Positions 1-9,280 of a stretch of 45,075 nucleotides of DNA are shown here, in pieces. The translations under genes were made by a program, and so were the position numbers. Below the pieces are notes generated by a model. It saw nothing but the letters and a program-made list of their open reading frames with translations, had not been told where the DNA came from and did no database searches. The DNA lies in the IMG/VR virus record IMGVR_UViG_3300033121_001869, positions 1 through 45,075 of that record; one strand, given 5' to 3'. Position 1 is the stretch's first letter, and each line of letters begins with the position of its first letter. Source of the DNA: a virus. Its lineage: Duplodnaviria > Heunggongvirae > Uroviricota > Caudoviricetes.

Positions 1-50
1 ATGTTTGTCTTAGAACACTAAGATTAAGAAATAATGAGATAGAATATATG

Positions 51-82
51 CAGTCCCATCTGGACTCGAACCAGAAATAACA
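51..82 (-). pseudogene. tRNA 3'-half fragment (T-arm plus acceptor 3' strand)
   Basis: Minus strand reads TCTGG-TTCGAGT-CCAGA-TGGGACT-G: a perfect T-arm followed by an acceptor 3' strand resembling that of the adjacent tRNA-Arg. No D-arm or 5' acceptor strand upstream. Confidence 0.6.
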
Positions 83-123
83 TTTCAACTTAAGATAATA
101 AAAATAATAAAATAAAATGTCCT

Positions 124-195
124 GGTTCCGTAGGTAAATGGATATACCTTCTCACTTCTAATGAGATATTTTTGGTTCGATTCCAAACGGGACTA
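124..195 (+). tRNA. tRNA-Arg (anticodon TCT)
   Basis: Acceptor stem GGTTCCG/CGGGACT; D-arm GGTA..TACC; anticodon arm TCTCA-CT TCT AA-TGAGA; T-arm TTTGG-TTCGATT-CCAAA. CCA not encoded. Confidence 0.93.
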
Positions 196-301
196 CAATT
201 TTTAAAATATTTGACATACTAGGGTGTAAGGTTCCCCAAAAGACTACTGCAAGTAAATTTAATACAAAAGAATCAACTGAATTAAAAAATTCAAAAATTG
301 A

Positions 302-1213
302 TTAATTTGATATTGTCTTTTTCTTTCTCTTCAAAAGAGTTTCTTCTCGACTAACAATAAATTCTAATTTTGGATTGGGATTCTCTATTGTATATGGAAT
401 CACAAGATTTAATCTCTGATTAACTATATCAATATATTCTTGGTTAATATCGAATCCAATATACTTACGATTGTTCATTTTAGCCATCTTTGGAGTGGTT
501 CCACTACCAACCATTGGATCAAAAACAATATCACCTTCTTTAGTCCAAGATAAAATATGATCCTCTGCCAAACTTTCAGGAAAAATTGCTGGATGTTTAT
601 AGGCTATCTTATCTTTGGATGAAAAACCTGCACCATTATTAATGTACCAAACATTATATCGACTACCATATTGACCAACAACAAAAGAGCTATCTGTTTG
701 TTTAAGTTCACCATTAACTGTTCTGATACTTCTTTTACCATAAGGTGAAGATCCGGCCCACTTATTGGGTTTATCTTTAATTATATTAACTGTATTTGGC
801 TTATTACCTTTCAACAAAATAAACATATATTCAAATACTTGTGAATATCTAGATGCTTCTGGAAAAGGAGCACCATTTTTATGATAAATCATAGTATCAT
901 ATAATTTAAATCCGATCTCTTGAAATTTTAAAGCCTGTCGAAATGAATTACCTGTTTCTCCACCATTAACAATTTGATCATTAACAACCCAAACAACTAT
1001 ACCACCATCTTTAGTAATTCGATATAATTCATTTGCCATTTCAACAAATGGGAAACTAAAATGATCATCAAATTTGATATCTTTATTAATTTTACTATTA
1101 TATGTTCTTAGATTATCATAAGGTGGGCTTGTAACTGTCAGATCAATTGAATTTGAATCTATTGATTTCATTAAATTAATTGAATCACCACATAGAATTT
1201 GATTTATATCCAT
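302..1213 (-). CDS. Site-specific DNA methyltransferase, N4-C/N6-A beta class
   Basis: Catalytic TSPPY motif near the N-terminus, HPAIFP, and SAM-binding FDPMVGSGTT near the C-terminus. Confidence 0.92.
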   Translation of the reverse strand: MDINQILCGDSINLMKSIDSNSIDLTVTSPPYDNLRTYNSKINKDIKFDDHFSFPFVEMANELYRITKDGGIVVWVVNDQIVNGGETGNSFRQALKFQEIGFKLYDTMIYHKNGAPFPEASRYSQVFEYMFILLKGNKPNTVNIIKDKPNKWAGSSPYGKRSIRTVNGELKQTDSSFVVGQYGSRYNVWYINNGAGFSSKDKIAYKHPAIFPESLAEDHILSWTKEGDIVFDPMVGSGTTPKMAKMNNRKYIGFDINQEYIDIVNQRLNLVIPYTIENPNPKLEFIVSREETLLKRKKKTISN

Positions 1214-1242
1214 AAGTAATATACTTATAAATTAAAAATGGT

Positions 1243-2133
1243 TTAAGGTTGAATTATAATATTCACACTATTTTTTTTAAAAATAGTTTTAACACTCAAT
1301 TTTGGATTGATAGCCTTGAGATGAGCTTTAGCCTCTATTATAGATGACAGCACATTTATCAATTCATCATTGACATCTAAATGTGCTTCATCGAAGTTTA
1401 TATGAACACTAGAATATTTTACATAACTCGATTTAGATTTTGTTTGACTAAAAACATTAACACCGTTAATGTTGAATACAATTGATATAGAATTCCCATT
1501 ATCGGAAATATCATAAGAATCACTAATATCCATTAATGTGCTAAAACACTCAATTATATCTTCTTTATCACTTAAAAAATTCTTTCTTTGGGTTTCTATT
1601 TCCTTTTGTATTTTTATTTTATTATCCAATTCTTGTTTCTTTATATCAAGATTTGAGGAACAATTATTTAAATAAGTAACCAAATTTTCTATGTTAGAAT
1701 TTATTATCGATATCAATTGTTCTTTTGATTTAATAATTGTATTGTGTGAAATTTCTAAACTCATAAATGTCTTATATACATCAACAACACCAATATTTGA
1801 TTGATAAAACGATCCAATTAATTGAGGATAAAAATTTTTAATAAAATTAAAATTTATTTTACACCATTGCATTTTAGATGAATTGATATTAAATGAGATA
1901 ATAATAGTGACACCATTAATATTATTATTAATCCTTGTTATTTCCGGAATTTTTTCAAGTGGAAGTATAAACTTTAAAATAATTGAATTATCTTCCTTTT
2001 GAATTTCTGATTTGTAATCTGTAAAATGCGAAATAGATGATTTAATTATCTTAAAAAGTTTATCATAGTTATGCTTTTTAACTAAATTGAATTTATCACA
2101 ATTAATTTCTTCATATTTTTTTAGATGATTCAC
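1243..2133 (-). CDS. Hypothetical protein with N-terminal MNHLKKYEE tag (candidate virion-internal protein)
   Basis: 296 aa ORF, GTG start, shared N-terminal tag, TAATATATA 4 nt upstream. Confidence 0.7.
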   Translation of the reverse strand: MNHLKKYEEINCDKFNLVKKHNYDKLFKIIKSSISHFTDYKSEIQKEDNSIILKFILPLEKIPEITRINNNINGVTIIISFNINSSKMQWCKINFNFIKNFYPQLIGSFYQSNIGVVDVYKTFMSLEISHNTIIKSKEQLISIINSNIENLVTYLNNCSSNLDIKKQELDNKIKIQKEIETQRKNFLSDKEDIIECFSTLMDISDSYDISDNGNSISIVFNINGVNVFSQTKSKSSYVKYSSVHINFDEAHLDVNDELINVLSSIIEAKAHLKAINPKLSVKTIFKKNSVNIIIQP

Positions 2134-2137
2134 TAAG

Positions 2138-2177
2138 TATATATTAATTAAACTTTAGCAATTATCAATAATATAAT
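2138..2177. promoter_or_regulatory. Divergent promoter pair: TAATATATA (minus, 2138-2146) and AAAC-N18-TATAAT (plus, 2150-2177)
   Basis: Both motifs recur at fixed geometry upstream of several other genes in the window. Confidence 0.6.
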
Positions 2178-2195
2178 TGTGATAAATTAAATTAA

Positions 2196-4211
2196 ATGTT
2201 AAGAAATCTTTTACTATTAATAATAATTCTACTCTTCTACAAGTCTTATTCTCAAATCGATACAATACCAATTATTGATTCTACATTTCAAATTGAAAAT
2301 GTTCAAGTTATAGGAATAAGACCAACAAAAAATGAACCTATAACACTAACAACACTGAAAGTAGATTCATTAAATTATGTCCCAGCTTCAGATCCATTTT
2401 TTCTAATTAATCGATACACTCCAAATATATTGTCACAATCAGATAATGGTAGTACTTATGGATATTCTTACATTAAAATAAGAGGTTTGGATCAGACCAG
2501 AATAAACTTCACACTTAATGGAATACCGCTAAATGAAATGGAAGATCAGGGAATATATTTCTCGAATATGCCAAATTTTATCAATAATATTGATCAAATT
2601 CAAGTACAAAGAGGAATTGGGACATCAAAATATGGAACAACATCATTTGCTGGATCTGTAAATATGGAAACCAAATCTCCATTATCAAAAGAATTAAAAT
2701 TTGGACTGGGAGGTGGATCTTATGGTACAATATTTGGGAATATTGGATATTCATCCGGATTGTTAAGAAATAAATTTGCACTATCCTCTAATATTTCATA
2801 CTTAGAATCTAATGGATTTCGATATCACTCCGGAACTGATGGATTAAATTATTTTGGACAATTTGCATATTTCGGTAAGAAAAATATAGTAAAGGTGTAT
2901 GAATTTACTGGGATGTCAAGAAATGGTATGTCTTGGTTAGCACCAAGCGATTCTATTCTAAATTTTGATATTAGAATAAACCTAAACGGAGAAGATGAAA
3001 AAGATAAATTTAATCAAAATTTTGGAGCGATAAATTGGATAAATTATGGAATAGAAAATTTAAAATTTAATTCATCAGTCTATATTAATAATATTAATGG
3101 TAAATATACATCATATTTAGATCCAACACTGCTAGGTAGATTCGGATTGAATTCATATCAGGCTGGAGTGATGTCTAATATAGTTTATGAAAAAAACTCT
3201 ATATCCATAAATAGTGGAATCAATTATAACTATTATCAAAGAAAGCATACATTATCGGATAATTTGTACCCTGATGATTTATTTTATACAAATAAAGGAT
3301 ATAAACAAGATTTTATAACATTTGTAAAATTCAATAAATCATTTAAAGATTTAAATCTGTTCGTTGACTTACAATATAGATATGTCAATTTTAACTATGA
3401 TAAAAAAATGTCACATGGATGGCATTTTATTAATCCAAAAGTTGGATTAAAATACAACAAGAAAGATTGGAATATTTACACTTCAATTGCCATGACAGGA
3501 CGAGAAGTAACTAGAACAGATTTATTAAATGGATATGATAATGTTGATGTTATAAATAAAACAACATTAACTTCTTTTGAAGATACATTTAATGTAAACT
3601 TTAAACCAGAAAGATGTTATGATTTGGAAGTCGGTGGATTTTTTACAAAAAAAGGTTTCACATTCTCCGGTAATGTTTATGTAATGTACTTCAATAATGA
3701 AAGAATATCAACTGGTGATATAAATTATATTGGACTATTACTAAAGTCACCAACTGAAAAGTCTATCAGAACTGGATTAGAAATAGACATGAATTATAAA
3801 TATAAAGGACTTTCAGTCGCAACAAATCTATCAGTATCTAAAAATAAAATATACAAATGGTCAGATAAAAATGGAAATAATTATTTGAATGTATCTCCAT
3901 TTGGTAGTCCAAGATTTACAATGAATAATACGATTGAGTATTCTCATAAATATTTTTATATAAATTTAAATGGTATGTTTGTATCTAAAATGTATTTGGA
4001 TAATACACAAAACGAAAAATTTGTAACACCATCATATTATTTATTAAATTCAAATGTCGGTGTTAAATTTAAATCTCTATGCATTTCAATGATTGTTAAT
4101 AATATCATAAACACTAAATACTATTTGCCCGGTGGTCTATATATGAATAGACCCGCCTTTTATCCTGGAGCTTTAAGAAACTATTTAATCAATGTTCAAG
4201 TTACTTTATGA
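2196..4211 (+). CDS. TonB-dependent outer-membrane receptor (Bacteroidota vitamin-receptor type)
   Basis: Signal peptide; plug motifs IRGLDQTRINFTLNGIPLN and IQVQRGIGTSKYG..SFAGSVN; amphipathic beta-barrel; C-terminal strand RNYLINVQVTL. Confidence 0.92.
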   Translation: MLRNLLLLIIILLFYKSYSQIDTIPIIDSTFQIENVQVIGIRPTKNEPITLTTLKVDSLNYVPASDPFFLINRYTPNILSQSDNGSTYGYSYIKIRGLDQTRINFTLNGIPLNEMEDQGIYFSNMPNFINNIDQIQVQRGIGTSKYGTTSFAGSVNMETKSPLSKELKFGLGGGSYGTIFGNIGYSSGLLRNKFALSSNISYLESNGFRYHSGTDGLNYFGQFAYFGKKNIVKVYEFTGMSRNGMSWLAPSDSILNFDIRINLNGEDEKDKFNQNFGAINWINYGIENLKFNSSVYINNINGKYTSYLDPTLLGRFGLNSYQAGVMSNIVYEKNSISINSGINYNYYQRKHTLSDNLYPDDLFYTNKGYKQDFITFVKFNKSFKDLNLFVDLQYRYVNFNYDKKMSHGWHFINPKVGLKYNKKDWNIYTSIAMTGREVTRTDLLNGYDNVDVINKTTLTSFEDTFNVNFKPERCYDLEVGGFFTKKGFTFSGNVYVMYFNNERISTGDINYIGLLLKSPTEKSIRTGLEIDMNYKYKGLSVATNLSVSKNKIYKWSDKNGNNYLNVSPFGSPRFTMNNTIEYSHKYFYINLNGMFVSKMYLDNTQNEKFVTPSYYLLNSNVGVKFKSLCISMIVNNIINTKYYLPGGLYMNRPAFYPGALRNYLINVQVTL

Positions 4212-4738
4212 TAGAAATAATAGCAGTAATATTCAGTTTAGTTTCTGTTTGGCTAACAGCTATTAGAAATATTTGGTGTTGGATAATTGGCATCATTGGT
4301 ATAATTGCCTATTCATTTATTTTTTATGATAAATGTGATTGGGGTAATTTTGGATTACAATTTATCTTTTTACTACAATCAATCTGGGCATGGATTAATT
4401 GGAATAAAGCTGAAAAAGAAATAACAAAACTACCTAAAGGATATTTCACAAAAATATCATTATCTATTTTATCACTATCAATTCTGATATATCTGATTAG
4501 TTACTCACTTAATGGCAATTTATTATTACTTGATTCCATAACATCATCTATAAGTTTATTCGCAATGTTTTTACTTGGATACAATAAAATAGAAGCTTGG
4601 ATATTATGGATTATTGCAGATATTTTATATATCTTATTCTTTATGTTGAATGGTCTTTACCTTTCATCATTTTTATATTTTATATTTTTATTGTTATCAG
4701 TATATGGATTTTTTAATTGGAAAAATAAAATAATATGA
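4208..4738 (+). CDS. pnuC: PnuC-family vitamin (nicotinamide riboside/thiamine) inner-membrane transporter
   Basis: Highly hydrophobic 176 aa; WCWIIG and IEAWILWIIAD motifs; ATGA overlap with the TonB receptor gene. Confidence 0.88.
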   Translation: MIEIIAVIFSLVSVWLTAIRNIWCWIIGIIGIIAYSFIFYDKCDWGNFGLQFIFLLQSIWAWINWNKAEKEITKLPKGYFTKISLSILSLSILIYLISYSLNGNLLLLDSITSSISLFAMFLLGYNKIEAWILWIIADILYILFFMLNGLYLSSFLYFIFLLLSVYGFFNWKNKII

Positions 4739-4860
4739 AAGAAGAATTACTAGAATTTATAAGATGGTATTGGGCAGAGGTCAATGGAAAGCCCTATGAT
4801 ATCAGAGGAGAAGAATTGATTGAAATTTACTTAAAAGAAAAAAATAAAAACTATGATTGA
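4735..4860 (+). CDS. Small hypothetical protein (41 aa, MKEELLEFIRWYW...)
   Basis: Translated by hand; ATGA overlap with pnuC; fills the gap to the next gene. Confidence 0.55.
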   Translation: MKEELLEFIRWYWAEVNGKPYDIRGEELIEIYLKEKNKNYD

Positions 4861-5191
4861 TAATGGTGTATTAAGAGTTGGTGGAAACTCTATAAAAGTA
4901 TGGATAGGTGAAAAAATCGAAAAATTTGGAACCTTTTTCGCTGAATGGGGCACAAAAATAATAGTAAATAATAAGCCTAAAATTGTTACAAATCCATCCG
5001 CAAAATTATATAATCCATTCACATTGATTGTTAGTTTCACTGTTGATACAAACCAAAAATTTCAGGTTGTTTTACAAGGAGATTATAAAGAAAAATATAA
5101 AGAGTGTGAGGATGGACAGATAAATCTAACCGAAACAGAAATGTTTATGGTTATAAATTCAAGTCGAGGTAAGTGGTTTAAAAAGGAATAA
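4853..5191 (+). CDS. Hypothetical protein
   Basis: 112 aa ORF tightly packed in the operon. Confidence 0.65.
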   Translation: MIDNGVLRVGGNSIKVWIGEKIEKFGTFFAEWGTKIIVNNKPKIVTNPSAKLYNPFTLIVSFTVDTNQKFQVVLQGDYKEKYKECEDGQINLTETEMFMVINSSRGKWFKKE

Positions 5192-5644
5192 ATGATAGTA
5201 TTGTTTAATAAATTTGAGGGAAAATGTCCTTATTACCTAACAGGATTAGCATCTACTGTTAATGCTTTACCAGGAATTGAAGTTCGTCATGCCTTTCATC
5301 ATATTGGTCAAGGACCAACAATACTTTTTATCGTCAATAATACTAATAAAGGTCTTTTTTTTCTAACTAGATGTATTGATCGTAGGTATTTTAGGTGGGG
5401 AAATTCTTGGAATATAACACTATCTGTCGGTGATCAATATATCAATCAAAAACTACCGATAGTCTATGATCTATCAACAATATCGAGTGAGTATGAAAAA
5501 TCAATTGGTGATTTAATTGATAATATCAATTACCACTTTCATCATGAAAATTTCATGAATATGTATGAATTAGATAAAAATGATTTTAAATGTATTGATA
5601 CCATAATTGAAAATAGAGATGATAAAATAAATAGTATTCTATGA
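5192..5644 (+). CDS. Hypothetical protein with C-terminal RDDKINSIL tag
   Basis: 150 aa ORF abutting its neighbours; shared C-terminal motif. Confidence 0.7.
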   Translation: MIVLFNKFEGKCPYYLTGLASTVNALPGIEVRHAFHHIGQGPTILFIVNNTNKGLFFLTRCIDRRYFRWGNSWNITLSVGDQYINQKLPIVYDLSTISSEYEKSIGDLIDNINYHFHHENFMNMYELDKNDFKCIDTIIENRDDKINSIL

Positions 5645-6148
5645 AGTCAGCTACAATATTTGGAGGAGGTAGTAAGGATAGAACAACGAAAGAATATATC
5701 GAAACTGAAAAAATCGGTGAATTATTAGCACAATCTGAATATAAAGTAAAAAGTGGTGGATATTATGGTATAATGGAAGCCATATCAAAGGTTCAACTGA
5801 AGCTGGTGGAATATCTATCGGTTTTACATGTAAAACATTTCCATCAACAAAAGGAAATACATTCTTATCCAAAAGAATTGTTTGTGATGATATCTATGAT
5901 AGATTAATTAAGAAGTCTGATTGAATCTAGTGATTTATTCATAGTTCAAAGGGGGTGGAATTGGAACCCTCTCTGAATTGTTTCTAACCATGGATGTAAT
6001 TAGAAAATTAAAAAACAAACCAAAAATTTTATTAATAGGTGAATTTTGGAAAAAAATAATGTTAGAAATATCACCTCTACTAAACAAGGATGAAAATGAT
6101 ATCTATATTATTATAGAAGATTTTAATGAAATTAAAAAATATTTATAA
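5641..6148 (+). pseudogene. LOG/SLOG-family nucleotide phosphoribohydrolase-like gene with three frameshifts
   Basis: TIFGG..SGGYYGIMEAISK, then other frames give GSTEAGGISIG..DIYDRL, RSLIESSDLFIVQ and GGIGTLSELFL..PKILLIGEFWK. Shifts near 5790, 5905 and 5952. Confidence 0.8.
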
Positions 6149-6364
6149 ATGATATATCCTGAACCAAACAAACTATATAGACACTATAAAGGAGGACTTT
6201 ATAAGGTATTGTTTCTATCCAAGAATACAGAAACACAAGAAATATTAGTCAATTATCAATCCTTGCACTTTGGTTCCTATCATTCAAGACCACTAGACAG
6301 TTGGAATGAATCGGTAATAATCGATGGTAAAGAAGAAAAAAGATTTCAATTAGAAAATGTATAA
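6149..6364 (+). CDS. DUF1653-like small protein
   Basis: YRHYKGGLYKV..TETQE..VNYQSL..RP..RF signature. Confidence 0.8.
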   Translation: MIYPEPNKLYRHYKGGLYKVLFLSKNTETQEILVNYQSLHFGSYHSRPLDSWNESVIIDGKEEKRFQLENV

Positions 6365-7394
6365 GAACTCATTAGTACTCGGAAAATTCTATTGTGTTCA
6401 TTTAGGACATTTATTTTTAATTGACACCGCAATATCCGAGTCAGAACAAGTTAATGTAATAATAACCCATAATAAGTCACAGTTTATTCCAGGTGAATTT
6501 AGATATAATGTTTTAAATTATATCTATAAAGATAATCCAAAAGTCACAATACACTTAGTAAGTGATGATGGATTACCCCAACATGACAATGAGTGCTCAA
6601 CACTAGATGAGTTTTATTCGTATTGGGTTCCGTTGGTGTATAATACGGTATCAAATATTGACGCCGTTTTTACATCTGAAGACTATGGTGATGATTTTGC
6701 CAAATATTTGGGAGTTGAACATAGATTAGTTGATAAAGAAAGAAAGAAATATCCAATTTCTGGGACAAAAGCTAGAACTAACCCAATAGAATACTGGGAT
6801 TTTATGCCAAACGAAATGAAGAAATTCTTTGTTAAAAGAGTTGCATTGATGGGACCAGAATCGGTTGGCAAATCAACATTAACACAGAAATTATCAGAAT
6901 ATTACCAAACCAACTATGTTGAAGAATATGGAAGAACAGTATTTGAAAATAATGGGAATAAAATATCTATTGATGACTTTATCCCAATATCGATTGGAAG
7001 GCAATTAATTGAGGATGAATTGATTGTAGATTCAAATAAGATAATATTTTGTGATACTGAGGATATAACAACGTATCTATTTAGTAAAATGTTTTTTCCG
7101 AATGATTATAATAAAGTTGAGAATTTTTTTACTACTTCTTTCAATAGTAAACCAAAATATGATCTATATATTCTTCTAAAACCAGATTGTGATGGTGTAC
7201 AAGATGGAACAAGACAATTTTTAGATGAAAGGTGGGAACATTACATATCTATCAAAAATGAATTGATAAGTCAAAATTGTCGATTTATTGAAATAGAGGG
7301 TGATTGGGAATTTAGATTTAAAAAATCTATTGAGGTTATTGATAATAATATATTGAATGAATTAATATATACTAAAAAATTAATCAACCAATGA
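6357..7394 (+). CDS. nadR: NadR-type bifunctional NMN adenylyltransferase / ribosylnicotinamide kinase (no HTH repressor domain)
   Basis: GKF..HLGH nucleotidyltransferase motif, FTSEDYG, ISGT; Walker A GPESVGKST, EYGR, FCDT, YDLYILL, DGTR. Confidence 0.92.
   Translation: MYKNSLVLGKFYCVHLGHLFLIDTAISESEQVNVIITHNKSQFIPGEFRYNVLNYIYKDNPKVTIHLVSDDGLPQHDNECSTLDEFYSYWVPLVYNTVSNIDAVFTSEDYGDDFAKYLGVEHRLVDKERKKYPISGTKARTNPIEYWDFMPNEMKKFFVKRVALMGPESVGKSTLTQKLSEYYQTNYVEEYGRTVFENNGNKISIDDFIPISIGRQLIEDELIVDSNKIIFCDTEDITTYLFSKMFFPNDYNKVENFFTTSFNSKPKYDLYILLKPDCDGVQDGTRQFLDERWEHYISIKNELISQNCRFIEIEGDWEFRFKKSIEVIDNNILNELIYTKKLINQ
7363..7371 (+). promoter_or_regulatory. Putative late promoter TAATATATA
   Basis: Recurrent motif 19 nt upstream of the 7391 start. 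Confidence 0.5.
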
Positions 7395-7663
7395 AAAGTA
7401 TTAATGAAAGTCAAGGATCAGATCTATTATTAAATATGTATAAATTTTATTCAAAAAGATATGCAAGTAATCCATCTGAAATTGAAAAGAAGTTCAATGC
7501 CGCAGTTGAGGATCTAATAACAACCGGAGACATTAAAAACGTTGAATATATTGACTTTTGTGTAACTCATGATATTGAACCAAAAATAAAAGAAAAAAAA
7601 CAATCATCATCTTCATCTTCTTCAGATCCTTGCGGACACAGTGTCTCATATCGTGGATGTTAA
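7391..7663 (+). CDS. Small protein with poly-Ser linker and Cys-containing tail (candidate radical-SAM substrate)
   Basis: MKSINES... ending KKQSSSSSSSDPCGHSVSYRGC. Confidence 0.7.
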   Translation: MKSINESQGSDLLLNMYKFYSKRYASNPSEIEKKFNAAVEDLITTGDIKNVEYIDFCVTHDIEPKIKEKKQSSSSSSSDPCGHSVSYRGC

Positions 7664-7677
7664 AAAATATCTAATTA

Positions 7678-8379
7678 ATGAATAATAAACTCTATTGCTT
7701 AAAATGCCCATATACACTTGAAATAAGATATATTGGAATAACAAATAAAGATTTAAAGGGTAGATTATCTAGACATATACATGAATCAAAATATAGAGAC
7801 AACCACAAATCTAATTGGATAAGAAAACTTATGTCTGATAATAAAATTCCAATTATTGAGCTAATTATTGATGGATTAGAATATGAAGAATCTCTTAATA
7901 TAGAAATTGAATATATTAAAAAATATAGGGATATGGGATTTAATCTAGTAAATATATCAGATGGTGGAGATTTTAATCCAAGTAAATTACAGTCAGTTAG
8001 AGATAAAATTAGTAAAAAATTAACTGGAATTAAGAGATCTGATGAAACGAAACAAAAATTGAGAATCTCTCATATTGGAATAAGTAAAGGAGATAAAAAT
8101 CCATTTTTTAATAAAAAACATACGGATATTTCAAGAAAAAAAATGTCCAATTCAGTGAAATTATCTTTTAATAATCCTGATATGATCAGAAAATTAAGTT
8201 CTTTAAAAGATGCCAAAAAAATACCTATAATACAACTCGATATGAATGATAATTTCATTAGGGAGTGGGAAAGTGTATCAATGATTAAAAGAGAATTAAA
8301 ATTCGAAAGAAAAACAATTAAACTTGTATGTCAAGGTAAATATAAACAGGCATATGGATTTAAATGGAAATTTAAATAA
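7678..8379 (+). CDS. GIY-YIG homing endonuclease with NUMOD3 and NUMOD1-like domains
   Basis: LYCL..IRYIGIT..RL..H; RSDETKQKLR, NPFFNKKHT; QLDMNDNFIREWES..QAYGFKWK. Confidence 0.88.
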   Translation: MNNKLYCLKCPYTLEIRYIGITNKDLKGRLSRHIHESKYRDNHKSNWIRKLMSDNKIPIIELIIDGLEYEESLNIEIEYIKKYRDMGFNLVNISDGGDFNPSKLQSVRDKISKKLTGIKRSDETKQKLRISHIGISKGDKNPFFNKKHTDISRKKMSNSVKLSFNNPDMIRKLSSLKDAKKIPIIQLDMNDNFIREWESVSMIKRELKFERKTIKLVCQGKYKQAYGFKWKFK

Positions 8380-8383
8380 TAAA

Positions 8384-9280
8384 ATGGAATTAATTAATTT
8401 ATTTAATACTGATGTGAAACTCAAAACACATTATTGTTCTTTTTTTGGTCAAAAAAATGAGCAAGTTGAGGATCCTTATATAAATCTATATTTAAGAACA
8501 AAATATTGCAATGCAAAATGTCCATTTTGTACATATCATTCAGATGCATCAAAATGGAATCATAAAAAATATATTGAAGTTTTAAAAGAAATATCTTCCA
8601 AAATAAAAATAAGGAAAATAGCATTTTCTGGCGGAGAACCAACCCTTTTTTGGGAAAACTTTAAAAATATGGTATATACTGCGAAAGAATACTCACCCAT
8701 GTCAGAATTTTCAATTAACACGGATGGATTCAAAATAGATAGATTTTTTTCAGACCCAATTTATAAAATATTTGATTTCATACATCTGAGCAGACATCAC
8801 TATGATGATAAAATAAATGATACTATTTTTAAAACCAAAACCCCTACATCGGATGAGATATTAGAAATTTCAAAGCTTCAAACTCATGAACATCAATTTC
8901 AATTTAGATGTAATCTAATCAAAGGATTTATTGATAATAAGGAAGAGGTATTTAAATATCTAGATTGGTCTAATTCTGTTGGTGTTAATGATATTGGATT
9001 AGTCTCATTAATGCCTATAAACGAATATTCAAAGGAAAATTTTATCTATTTTCATATTAAAGAATTAATTGGTGATAATTTTCTATTAACTAAGAAACAA
9101 GAGAGGCATGGAGGTGGATGTGAGTGTTTTAATTATATTTATATGCCTAATGAAGAATCTTTTAGAAGACCTATTAGAGTCTATCATAAAAATACATATG
9201 CTCCTACTGATATACAGGAAACTTTGGTTTTTGATGGTGAGAATGTTAGATTAGGATTTGAAGGTCCAATTATTTTTTAA
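8384..9280 (+). CDS. Radical SAM enzyme
   Basis: CNAKCPFC (CX3CX2C), FSGGEP, INTDG, LSRHHY; C-terminal GGGCEC. Likely start ATG 8384. Confidence 0.92.
   Translation: MELINLFNTDVKLKTHYCSFFGQKNEQVEDPYINLYLRTKYCNAKCPFCTYHSDASKWNHKKYIEVLKEISSKIKIRKIAFSGGEPTLFWENFKNMVYTAKEYSPMSEFSINTDGFKIDRFFSDPIYKIFDFIHLSRHHYDDKINDTIFKTKTPTSDEILEISKLQTHEHQFQFRCNLIKGFIDNKEEVFKYLDWSNSVGVNDIGLVSLMPINEYSKENFIYFHIKELIGDNFLLTKKQERHGGGCECFNYIYMPNEESFRRPIRVYHKNTYAPTDIQETLVFDGENVRLGFEGPIIF

Noticed and set aside
200-300. Possible additional ncRNA after the tRNA (GGGTGTAAGGTTCCCC..AGACTACTGCAA)
   Set aside because: No convincing cloverleaf or stable stem by eye; needs an Infernal search
302-1213. Restriction-modification system
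   Set aside because: No adjacent restriction endonuclease; orphan methylases are common in large phages
2134-2195. TPP riboswitch ahead of the TonB-Pnu genes
   Set aside because: Only 62 nt, AT-rich, no CTGAGA core
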